Below are positions 1 to 6,700 of a stretch of 39,274 nucleotides of DNA, piece after piece. Positions within the stretch are counted from its first letter, which is position 1, and the number at the start of each line of letters is the position of its first letter. The translations under genes were made by a program, and so were the position numbers. The DNA comes from a virus. The notes beneath the pieces were generated by a model that worked only from the letters and a program-made list of their open reading frames with translations, made no database searches and had not been told where the DNA came from. The DNA lies in the IMG/VR virus record IMGVR_UViG_3300037511_000247, positions 1 through 39,274 of that record; one strand, 5' to 3'.

Positions 1-127
1 CACCAAAGCCCGGCCGCGGCGTAAACCCAGGATCGCGGCGCGCGGACGACGCCACACGGCTCAGATCTACTGGTTCGAAATGGAACGCCTGAAGCGCTTG
101 GGGTTGCGGTGAAGTCATCAAGCGGCC
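1..127. repeat. Left copy of a 127-bp terminal direct repeat identical to 39148-39274. It marks a circularly closed contig or terminal redundancy.
   Basis: Both window ends read caccaaagcccggccgcggcgtaaacccagg...gtgaagtcatcaagcggcc. I compared them block by block over 127 nt. Confidence 0.9.
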
Positions 128-315
128 TCGCGCTCGGCGACTTTCGCAGCGGCAACATCTTCAAGACCCAGTTTGAGATGATCGGCGAAGGTTCGCCAAT
201 GGCCCGGTGGTATGCCCTTGGTGTCCCACTTGTAAGTGGCCCAGGTGGATACCCCGCACAGTTCGGCCGCTTTTTCGCGGCCACCAGCCTTGGCGTACAG
301 TTCGGCGATGGTCAT
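118..315 (-). CDS. cro: Cro/YdaS-like helix-turn-helix switch regulator
   Basis: 65 aa. AELCGVSTWATYKWDTKGIPP reads as a YdaS/Cro-type HTH. The gene diverges from the CI-like gene across a 79-bp operator region. It is the first gene of the minus-strand operon that continues across the circular junction. Confidence 0.7.
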   Translation of the reverse strand: MTIAELYAKAGGREKAAELCGVSTWATYKWDTKGIPPGHWRTFADHLKLGLEDVAAAKVAEREAA

Positions 316-394
316 GGCGCGGAGTATATGGATGTAAATTCCAACTCACAAGGAAAATAATTCCAACCTCCTGGACCGTAATTCCAAGCATTAT
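316..394. promoter_or_regulatory. Divergent cI/cro control region with three phased operator-like direct repeats
   Basis: AATTCCAAC at 337-345 and 359-367, AATTCCAAG at 380-388, same orientation, spaced 22 and 21 bp. On the minus strand, TTGTGA (351-346)-N17-TATACT (328-323) ends 7 nt before the cro ATG at 315. Confidence 0.6.
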
Positions 395-1177
395 GTGGCA
401 ATGCACTCTTGGGCGCGCCGACTGCAGGAAGTTGTAGAAGCCAGGGGGCTCTCCATGAGGGAGTTGTCCCGGCTCTCCGGCGTCAACTATGACACCGTAA
501 ACAAGTGCTTACGCGGAGATGTCGAGAATCCACGGGGCGACACAATGGCCCGGCTCGCGCGCGCACTTGGCGTTTCGGAGGTCTGGCTCCGCCACGGGAT
601 TGGCGAACCGGCAGTAGTAATCCACAGCTCATCATTCCCCGAAAAGGCCGTTGCGGGAATGATCGATGCGAAACTATCGTCTAAGTCGTTGGACAGGCGA
701 AGAGAAGAATACGAAGCCGCGGACGATCTGATCCCAGTGATTGGTGAAGTTCAGGCCGGCGCCTGGCGGGAAGCGTTCGAACTCCCTGAATCGGAGTGGT
801 CCGAAATGCGTTTGCCCGCCGACCCAATGTACCCGGGCGTTCCCCGCTACGCCCTACGCAATGTCGGGGAATCCATGAACCGGGAGTGCGCCCATGGCGG
901 CCTATGGGTGTTCGTCAAGTTCGCGGATCTTACGGGCGTAGGCCCACAGCCGGGGGATTACGTCATCGTTCGGCGCGTCCGTCATGACGGCATGATCGAA
1001 GCCACCTGTAAGCGTCTTGAGATCCGGGCGGGTAAACCGTGGCTGTGCCCGGACTCAACAGACCCCTCATTCGAGGCCTTTCCTATTGAAGGTGACGGCG
1101 AGGTCGAAGAAATCGTGGTGTTCGGCTTGGTCACCGACATTGTGAATAAGCCCGGACGGCGCACCACTAGGGCCTAA
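395..1177 (+). CDS. cI: CI-like repressor: XRE-type HTH fused to a LexA/S24 autopeptidase domain
   Basis: 260 aa. HTH is LSMRELSRLSGVNYDTVNKCLRG. S24 hallmarks are IPVIGEVQAGAW (Ala-Gly cleavage context as in LexA VAAGEP), GESM (Ser nucleophile) and CKRL (Lys base). Start is GTG 395 or ATG 401. Confidence 0.9.
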   Translation: MAMHSWARRLQEVVEARGLSMRELSRLSGVNYDTVNKCLRGDVENPRGDTMARLARALGVSEVWLRHGIGEPAVVIHSSSFPEKAVAGMIDAKLSSKSLDRRREEYEAADDLIPVIGEVQAGAWREAFELPESEWSEMRLPADPMYPGVPRYALRNVGESMNRECAHGGLWVFVKFADLTGVGPQPGDYVIVRRVRHDGMIEATCKRLEIRAGKPWLCPDSTDPSFEAFPIEGDGEVEEIVVFGLVTDIVNKPGRRTTRA

Positions 1178-1217
1178 CCCCCTATTTCCATTACTGGATT
1201 TTTTTTCCATTTTCTGC

Positions 1218-1246
1218 TTGACCGGCTCCGTGAGTTGGATTTTACT
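1218..1246 (+). promoter_or_regulatory. Sigma70-like promoter candidate (PL analogue) for the plus-strand operon 1273-5608
   Basis: TTGACC (1218-1223), a 17-nt spacer, then TTTACT (1241-1246). It lies in an AT-rich 95-bp gap after the cI stop. Confidence 0.45.
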
Positions 1247-1265
1247 TCCAACACACACCGTTGGA
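1243..1265. promoter_or_regulatory. Operator-like site overlapping the -10 of the PL-like promoter
   Basis: TACTTCCAAC (1243-1252) matches the TAATTCCAAC operator repeat at 358-367 in 9 of 10 positions. It is the left arm of a perfect dyad TCCAAC-N7-GTTGGA (1247-1265). Weaker TTTCCATT copies lie at 1185-1192 and 1204-1211. Confidence 0.5.
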
Positions 1266-1272
1266 GCCGCCA

Positions 1273-1536
1273 ATGTCCCTCGACCGCCGCAACACCGCCA
1301 CCCGCCCCGCTCACACCGTCCATGAGGACATTCGGGCGCAGCGCTTAGCGAGCATGATCGCCAGCAGCCGCCGGCTGGTTGCGATGGGCGAGGACGAGCT
1401 CCGCCGTATCGACGCCGGCGAATACAGCGCTACCCCCAAGCACCGTGAGCACGTCGCCCGTGAACTGGAAATCCATCGTGGGTGGCTGGCCGATCTGACG
1501 GCGGAAGCCTCTCCCCTCCGCGCTGCGGCGGAGTGA
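1273..1536 (+). CDS. Hypothetical protein (early-left operon gene 1)
   Basis: 87 aa from ATG 1273, preceded by TGGAG. The ORF track starts it at TTG 1261. Its stop overlaps the next start as TGATG. Confidence 0.55.
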   Translation: MSLDRRNTATRPAHTVHEDIRAQRLASMIASSRRLVAMGEDELRRIDAGEYSATPKHREHVARELEIHRGWLADLTAEASPLRAAAE

Positions 1537-1949
1537 TGACGATGACCGTCATCCCCTTCCCCATCGGCCCCCGGCTCATTGAAGCCGACAGCGTATTGGC
1601 TCGGCCTCCGGCCAGCCCCCGCTCGCTGAAGGTCATCGCGCTCGACATCCTCATTCATCAGGCGATGGCACGGCCTGACCCGATCAAAGCTCTCTGTGAC
1701 CTGGATTTGGCCGTTTTGCGTAGGGCGCTCCGTCTCGCTCGCGGCCGCCTGAAATACATGCGCGGCTCTTTCGGCAATGCCTGCGGTTGGAGACGCGTCC
1801 TCCGCGGCCATGCACCTTCGCCGGCGGTCCTTCGGGAGTTCGCGGAACACCAGGTCAAGACCATCAAGTCGTCCATCGCTGATTACCGCCTGCGCATCGT
1901 CCGCCTGCAGGCCGCCATTGTCCTGAAAACAAACCCACCAGCCGCATAG
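1536..1949 (+). CDS. Hypothetical protein (early-left operon gene 2)
   Basis: 137 aa starting MTMTVIPFP. ATG 1536 shares one base with the upstream TGA. No motif recognised. Confidence 0.55.
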   Translation: MTMTVIPFPIGPRLIEADSVLARPPASPRSLKVIALDILIHQAMARPDPIKALCDLDLAVLRRALRLARGRLKYMRGSFGNACGWRRVLRGHAPSPAVLREFAEHQVKTIKSSIADYRLRIVRLQAAIVLKTNPPAA

Positions 1950-1958
1950 GAGAGCACC

Positions 1959-2258
1959 ATGACGCTCGAAGCCCTAATGGCCAACCTCGCCGCCGTCCGT
2001 AGTCAAATCGCTAAACGGGGATGGACCGACGCCCAGGTAAAGCGTTTGGCAGACAAAGAAGACGCTGCCGTTTTCGCTATCGCTCGCCACCCAGCCGCTT
2101 CGGTGGACGAAATGTGCGCCAAGCTCCTCGTCCTGTTCGATGTCGAGGCGCGGATCGGCCTGTTTCAGGGCTGCGCCGACCTGAAGGCTCTCAAAGCCAG
2201 CCTGCTCACCGACATGCGCCACCTCCGCGACAAGCGGTCTCCCGCCAAAGCCGCTTAG
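1959..2258 (+). CDS. Hypothetical protein, paralogue of 3427-3762
   Basis: 99 aa. The segment AVFAIARHPAASVDEMCAKLLVLF aligns with AVCALARYQPKDTDELLQKLWTGF of the 3427-3762 product. Confidence 0.6.
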   Translation: MTLEALMANLAAVRSQIAKRGWTDAQVKRLADKEDAAVFAIARHPAASVDEMCAKLLVLFDVEARIGLFQGCADLKALKASLLTDMRHLRDKRSPAKAA

Positions 2259-2266
2259 AGCCCACC

Positions 2267-2665
2267 ATGAACGCCGTTCTTCCCTTTGTCGCCGCCGGAA
2301 GCCGCTTCAACGCCGCTGATCTGCAAATGTCATTGGTGCGAACCAATAGCATGGCACCGGCGGTCCCCATGGACAGCCTTGTGTTCTTGGGGCCGGCGCT
2401 GACCCCCCGGGACCGTGTTCTTGAAACGCTCTACAGCATCGCGTCCCCATCCGGCACGCACGACGGCAACCTGCGACGCGTCAGCGTGATCGGGCCGGGT
2501 CGTTACAGCCTGCGCGCGGATGGCGCGCCGTTCCGCGACGAAATCACCCGAGAAGAACTGACCAACCCGCGTGGCGACGTTCGCCGCGTCCTCGGCGCAT
2601 GCATCCCCTACGACTACGAATTTGGGATGTGGATGCGCGAACACTTTGACCGCTCAGCCCGATAG
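2267..2665 (+). CDS. Hypothetical protein with possible degenerate S24/LexA-like fold
   Basis: 132 aa from ATG 2267. VRTNSMAPAVPMDSLVFL resembles the S24 v.GdSMeP..dGd.v.v strand. LRRV sits where S24 enzymes have vKRl. RGDVRRVLG resembles the C-terminal G.V..v strand. Confidence 0.5.
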   Translation: MNAVLPFVAAGSRFNAADLQMSLVRTNSMAPAVPMDSLVFLGPALTPRDRVLETLYSIASPSGTHDGNLRRVSVIGPGRYSLRADGAPFRDEITREELTNPRGDVRRVLGACIPYDYEFGMWMREHFDRSAR

Positions 2666-2674
2666 GAGACATCC

Positions 2675-3427
2675 ATGAGCACAATCCGACAAATCCGTAA
2701 GCGCCTGAAGACAGAGACGCTGGAATGGACTGAGGTCCACGTCTCGGCTGATGAACTCGACGTTCAGGACCTGTGCGACTGGGCGGAATATCTCGGTCAC
2801 TCCATCAGCCCGAGCAGCGGATACGGCTATGGCGTCTCCATGGCGGAGGATCGACCCAAGGACTACGAACGCCAGCACATGCCGTTCTTCGCCGTCCTGA
2901 ACGCCGACAACCCGGGGCGCCGGAAGTCGTGGAAGATCACCGACTTTTTCAACGAGATGTTCCCGGAAATCCGCAAGGCCGCGGACATGGAAGCGGCGGC
3001 TTTGCGCAAGATCCACAAGCACGCGCTGTTTCTCCCGATCAGCCGCACCGGCACCTACTGCAACCGTCGCGATGCTCTGGATAATCCCGAGAAGCACGGC
3101 ATTCCGCTCTACGCAGCGACTGCTAACGATATCCTCCGGGACCCGCGAGGCGACCAGTGGAAACAGGAACGTCTTGCCGAACTTAAGCGCGCACAGGAAC
3201 AGCACGCGGTCCTGATGGCGGACGCCGGCAACGCCAAACGCCAAGCAAGCCTGCGTCGGGCGGCGAAAGCCTACGCGCAAGCGCTGGAGATGCTGGCCTT
3301 TAGCGGTGATCTGCACCGCGCTGGTTATGAGCGGGTGAGGGTGTGGCGCGCCGCGATGCGCAAGCGCCTGGGCCTCAAGGACCGGAAGCCGAAGGCCATC
3401 GGCGCCCCGCGCAAAAAGGCAGCCTGA
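2675..3427 (+). CDS. Hypothetical protein (250 aa), basic C-terminus
   Basis: Largest ORFan of the operon. Its stop overlaps the next ATG as TGATG. No motif recognised. Confidence 0.65.
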   Translation: MSTIRQIRKRLKTETLEWTEVHVSADELDVQDLCDWAEYLGHSISPSSGYGYGVSMAEDRPKDYERQHMPFFAVLNADNPGRRKSWKITDFFNEMFPEIRKAADMEAAALRKIHKHALFLPISRTGTYCNRRDALDNPEKHGIPLYAATANDILRDPRGDQWKQERLAELKRAQEQHAVLMADAGNAKRQASLRRAAKAYAQALEMLAFSGDLHRAGYERVRVWRAAMRKRLGLKDRKPKAIGAPRKKAA

Positions 3428-3762
3428 TGTCCGCACAAATGACGCTCCCCGTAATTCTCGCGAAGATGGCCGGGGCCCTGAGCAGGGTTCAGACTTCAAC
3501 CGAGCAACGCCGGATTATGGGCGCCATGCGAGCATACAACGACGCTGTGTGCGCGCTCGCTAGATACCAACCCAAGGATACCGACGAACTGCTGCAAAAA
3601 CTGTGGACCGGGTTCGCCATCCTCGATGCCGACTACCGGGTGGACCACGAGGAAGACTGTCCGCTGCACGCGCCGTCCGATCTGGCGGTCAGAAAACTGC
3701 GCAAGTCCATGGAGATGGACGTGCGGGCGGCGGTGGCGCTCAAGCTCAAAGCCGCTGCCTAG
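3427..3762 (+). CDS. Hypothetical protein, paralogue of 1959-2258
   Basis: 111 aa from ATG 3427, which shares one base with the upstream TGA. Shares the A-V-x-A-[IL]-A-R-[HY]-x5-D-E-[ML]-x2-K-L segment with the 1959-2258 product. Confidence 0.6.
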   Translation: MSAQMTLPVILAKMAGALSRVQTSTEQRRIMGAMRAYNDAVCALARYQPKDTDELLQKLWTGFAILDADYRVDHEEDCPLHAPSDLAVRKLRKSMEMDVRAAVALKLKAAA

Positions 3763-3771
3763 TCTCGCTCC

Positions 3772-3930
3772 ATGCCCCGCAAGTCCGCATCAGCGCTGGC
3801 GAAACAGCCCCAGGAGCCGCCCATGCCGGTGGAACTCCTGGAGCTGGCCCGCTTGCTTGCGGACATCAGCGTCACGCGCGAACATGGGCAGGCCGCCCCG
3901 CAGGAAGTCCCTCCGCCGCCGCGGCGCTGA
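3772..3930 (+). CDS. Possible 52-aa micro-ORF just upstream of int (positional RDF/excisionase candidate)
   Basis: MPRKSASALAKQPQEPPMPVELLELARLLADISVTREHGQAAPQEVPPPPRR. Third codon positions are strongly G/C-rich. An internal ATG at 3823 has an AGGAG 6 nt upstream. It is below the ORF-track length cutoff. Confidence 0.3.
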   Translation: MPRKSASALAKQPQEPPMPVELLELARLLADISVTREHGQAAPQEVPPPPRR

Positions 3931-3940
3931 GGACACCCAC

Positions 3941-5608
3941 ATGCGCGTATGTCTCTACGCCCGCTATTCCTCCGATCGGCAGAACCCAAGGTCTGTTGAC
4001 GATCAGGTCCGGGAGCTTCGCGACTTCTGCGACCGTCGCGGCTGGATCGTGGTGGACACTTTCTCTGATCCCGAGGTTTCCGGCGCAACCGTCATCCTGC
4101 GCCCCGGCGTCCAGGCGATGATGGCCGCCGCCGCTGAAGGCCGCTTTGACGTTGTCCTTGTCGAATCCCTGGACCGGTTCTCACGCGACCTGGGCGACAC
4201 GGCGAACCTGCGAAAGAGCCTGAAATTCCATCAGGTGGCCTTACACACGCTGAGCGGCGAACAGTCTCTTTTGCATATCGCCTTCGATGGCGCCCGCGCC
4301 GAACAGTTCCTGGAAGACCTCAAGGTGAAGGTGCGCCGCGGTCAGCGCGGCAACATCTCCCGAGGCCTCGCCGCAGGCGGGGTGAGTTACGGCTATGAAG
4401 TGGTCCGCGAGTTCGATGACAAGGGGCGGGTCCAGGGCGGACGGCGGCGCATCAACGAGGCGGAGGCCGCCATAGTGCGGGAGGTCTTAACCAGCTACGC
4501 CGCGGGCGTCTCACCCCTGGCAATCGCCGAGGATCTGAACCGGCGTGGGATTCCGGCGCCGCGAGGCGGCCGGTGGCGCGCCTCCACGATCAGCGGCAAC
4601 AAGGCCCGCCGGACCGGCATCCTGCAAAACGAACTCTATACCGGCCAACTCACCTATGGCCGCACCTGTAAGGCCAAGAACCCGGCCACGGGCAAGGAGC
4701 TGATCCGCAACCAGCCCGAAGCCGAATGGAAGCGACAATACGTCCCCGAGCTGCGGATTATTGATGACGCCACCTGGGCGGAAGTCCGGGCCATGATGAC
4801 CCGCACAGGGGCCCAGGCGCGCGCCGGCAAGCCGGTGAAGCGCGCGGCGCACCTGCTGTCCGGTTTGATCACCTGCACCTGTGGCGCGCCCTACGTCGCC
4901 CGGGACGCCAAGCGCCTATCCTGCCGGGGGTTCATGCACGACGGGACCTGCACGAACGCCCGAAGGGTCCGGCGCGACTGGATCGAAACTCGGGTTCTGG
5001 ACGAGATTGCCGCCGCCCTGGCACGCCCAGAAGCCGTGGCCGCGCATGCCCACAGGCTGCACCAGGCCAAGGCCGCCCAGGATGGCCAGCGCCGCGGTCA
5101 GCACCGGGCGGCGGTCAAGGAACTGGGTGAGGTCCGGACCAAGATCGGCCGCCTTGTTAACTCCATCGCGGATGGCGACAGCGCCCCGGCCTCTATCATG
5201 ACAATGATCACGAGCCTGGAGGCCCGGGAGAAGGTGCTCGCCGCCACCGTGGACAGCCTCAAGGACGAGGACGTGGTTCGGCTGGAGCCCAACGCCCATA
5301 GGCTCTACGCGGCGCGGCTAGCGAACCTGCGGGAGGCCTTGGAAAGCGGGACGCCGGCCCAACGGGCCAAGGCGCGCAGCCTGCTCCGCGGTCTCATCGA
5401 GCGGGTGGAAATCATCCCCGTGACCGGCGCCGATGGCCGGGAGACGTTCGAATGGAAACTGGTTGGAAAGCTCGCCGAATTCCTCAAGCTCGCCGCGAAC
5501 GGCGGAGCCGAGAAGACCCCAAATGTAGCGTGGGGGTCTGTGTTGGTGCGGGTAGAGGAAGTTGGTCAGATACCCCCACCCCTGCTGGAGCTACGATTTA
5601 CCGGATAG
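3941..5608 (+). CDS. int: Large serine recombinase (phage integrase)
   Basis: 555 aa from ATG 3941, with GAGGA 7 nt upstream. The N-terminal resolvase domain reads MRVCLYARYSSDRQ...VLVESLDRFSRD. A recombinase domain follows, then the Cys cluster CTCGAPYVARDAKRLSCRGFMHDGTC and a C-terminal coiled coil. The 660-aa ORF-track version is an upstream over-extension. Confidence 0.92.
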   Translation: MRVCLYARYSSDRQNPRSVDDQVRELRDFCDRRGWIVVDTFSDPEVSGATVILRPGVQAMMAAAAEGRFDVVLVESLDRFSRDLGDTANLRKSLKFHQVALHTLSGEQSLLHIAFDGARAEQFLEDLKVKVRRGQRGNISRGLAAGGVSYGYEVVREFDDKGRVQGGRRRINEAEAAIVREVLTSYAAGVSPLAIAEDLNRRGIPAPRGGRWRASTISGNKARRTGILQNELYTGQLTYGRTCKAKNPATGKELIRNQPEAEWKRQYVPELRIIDDATWAEVRAMMTRTGAQARAGKPVKRAAHLLSGLITCTCGAPYVARDAKRLSCRGFMHDGTCTNARRVRRDWIETRVLDEIAAALARPEAVAAHAHRLHQAKAAQDGQRRGQHRAAVKELGEVRTKIGRLVNSIADGDSAPASIMTMITSLEAREKVLAATVDSLKDEDVVRLEPNAHRLYAARLANLREALESGTPAQRAKARSLLRGLIERVEIIPVTGADGRETFEWKLVGKLAEFLKLAANGGAEKTPNVAWGSVLVRVEEVGQIPPPLLELRFTG

Positions 5609-5646
5609 GTGGCGTGGTGCAAGACACAAGCGGGAGGGGGAGCGGG

Positions 5647-5955
5647 CTATTCCTCGCCGTCTGGGAATAGCGCGTGGAGGCTGTACAACAGCCCGCCGCA
5701 TGCACCCACCAGCAGGAACAGGCTGGTGTCCCCGATGACATCCAACACGTCCTTATCGACCAACCCGACCATGATAAGGATCGAGAACGCGAAGGTCGTC
5801 GCGTCGAAGATGATCTGGTTGACCCGCTTGCCCGGCCGGCGAAGCGACTTATGGACCCAAAACGCCCGAATATAGACCAGCGCAAGGTAAAGGATGCTGA
5901 GGACCAGCACCCACGCCGAGAGTTGTTCCTTGGTTTTTGGAAGATCCGGAAGCAC
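5647..5955 (-). CDS. Small integral membrane protein (3 predicted TM helices)
   Basis: 102 aa. Hydrophobic spans are WVLVLSILYLALVYIRAFWV, IIFDATTFAFSILIMVGLV and LFLLVGACGGLLYSLHALF. It is convergent with int and its start shares one base with the stop of the upstream gene. Confidence 0.65.
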   Translation of the reverse strand: MLPDLPKTKEQLSAWVLVLSILYLALVYIRAFWVHKSLRRPGKRVNQIIFDATTFAFSILIMVGLVDKDVLDVIGDTSLFLLVGACGGLLYSLHALFPDGEE

Positions 5956-6155
5956 TAACCCCGCAGGGCAGCGAGCGCTCCGATAACGCCCCCAATACCC
6001 GCAGCCGCGCCTTCACCGACAATCGTCGGAGGCACACCGAGGAAATGGGGTACGGTCACGCCGACGAGGGCCAGTGCAAGAACCGCACAGCCCACGCCGC
6101 CTTTAACCGCCATTACGAAGCGGGCGGTCTTAACCACCTTACGCATCGCGGACAT
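5955..6155 (-). CDS. Small glycine-zipper membrane protein
   Basis: 66 aa from ATG 6155, with GGAG 7 nt upstream. The ORF track extends it to 6179. Sequence contains GGVGCAVLALALVGV and GAAAGIGGVIGALAAL. Confidence 0.55.
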   Translation of the reverse strand: MSAMRKVVKTARFVMAVKGGVGCAVLALALVGVTVPHFLGVPPTIVGEGAAAGIGGVIGALAALRG

Positions 6156-6465
6156 AGAATTCTCCATATCCAAAATCATCGTTCCCTCATGCTCCCGGGG
6201 TACTTAAGTATCTGTTAATTTAGGCAATGGCAGGGCGAACCTACCGTCGTAGTGGGCGCATGAAGCAGGACGTTTAAACGCCCGTCAAGGCGTAGAGGTA
6301 CACCCGTAGGCGTTGAACCGTGCAATTTTTGCCCGAAAGCTGGCTTCGTTGCACTGCCGCAACACTTATGGGCGCTTAACAGGGATTACAATGCGAGGAC
6401 CTGAGTTGCAGGTATGCAATCGGCGCACGACTTCGTAAGCTTTCCCCCTACGGCTTTCCCGAGCC

Positions 6466-6482
6466 GCGCAAACCGTTTGCGC
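6466..6482. promoter_or_regulatory. Perfect palindrome GCGCAAAC-C-GTTTGCGC, 14 nt upstream of the 6497 ATG
   Basis: Two 8-bp arms that are exact reverse complements, separated by one central base, read directly from the sequence. Confidence 0.4.
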
Positions 6483-6496
6483 CACCCGGACAGACC

Positions 6497-6685
6497 ATGC
6501 CCAGACCAGCCCAATGGCTTCGCCTCACCCATGAGCGCCTAGGCGATATACCGGTCTACCGGTTCGTGCCGGTCGATTACTTCAGCAAGACGGAACTGCG
6601 GCGCTTGCCGCAGACGGAGGCGCTCAAAGCCGCCCTGAAGGCGCTGCGCGCCCACCGGAAAGCACAAACCCCGCCCTCGGTGTGA
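6497..6685 (+). CDS. Hypothetical 62-aa protein, stand-alone plus-strand unit
   Basis: MPRPAQWLRLTHERLGDIPVYRF.... A palindrome lies upstream and an intrinsic terminator overlaps its stop codon. Confidence 0.45.
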   Translation: MPRPAQWLRLTHERLGDIPVYRFVPVDYFSKTELRRLPQTEALKAALKALRAHRKAQTPPSV

Positions 6686-6700
6686 GGACGGGGCTTTGTT
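6669..6700. terminator. Bidirectional intrinsic terminator
   Basis: CCCCGCCCTC (6669-6678) pairs with GAGGACGGGG (6684-6693) at 9 of 10 positions around loop GGTGT. CTTTGTT follows on the plus strand and TTTGTGCTTT on the minus strand. Confidence 0.7.

Noticed and set aside
60-100. tRNA-like T-loop motif GGTTCGAAA (72-80), with GTTCGAAC motifs in the 36-kb array
   Set aside because: Flanking bases do not form a T-stem, acceptor stem or anticodon arm. No cloverleaf could be drawn, so no tRNA gene is claimed anywhere in the window.
109-437. Plus-strand ORFs 109-360 and 207-437 and minus-strand ORF 161-406 over the switch region
   Set aside because: They overlap the cro-like gene and the operator region in other frames, and no motif is recognisable. 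The cro-like frame has a clear HTH.
2654-3499. 281-aa minus-strand ORF, with 1311-1850 and 2330-2644 on the minus strand
   Set aside because: They are antisense to the tightly coupled plus-strand early-left operon. Their composition is low-complexity Arg/Ala-rich. The plus-strand frames show the start/stop coupling.
3626-3940. N-terminal extension of the integrase ORF (660-aa version). Similar over-extended ORF-track starts are 36154-37713, 7148-7867, 19821-20330, 2021-2665 and 34934-35338.
   Set aside because: The extensions are Arg/Pro/Trp-rich junk overlapping upstream genes. Internal ATGs coincide exactly with upstream stop codons (ATGA/TGATG) or with good Shine-Dalgarno sequences, and the recognisable domains begin there.
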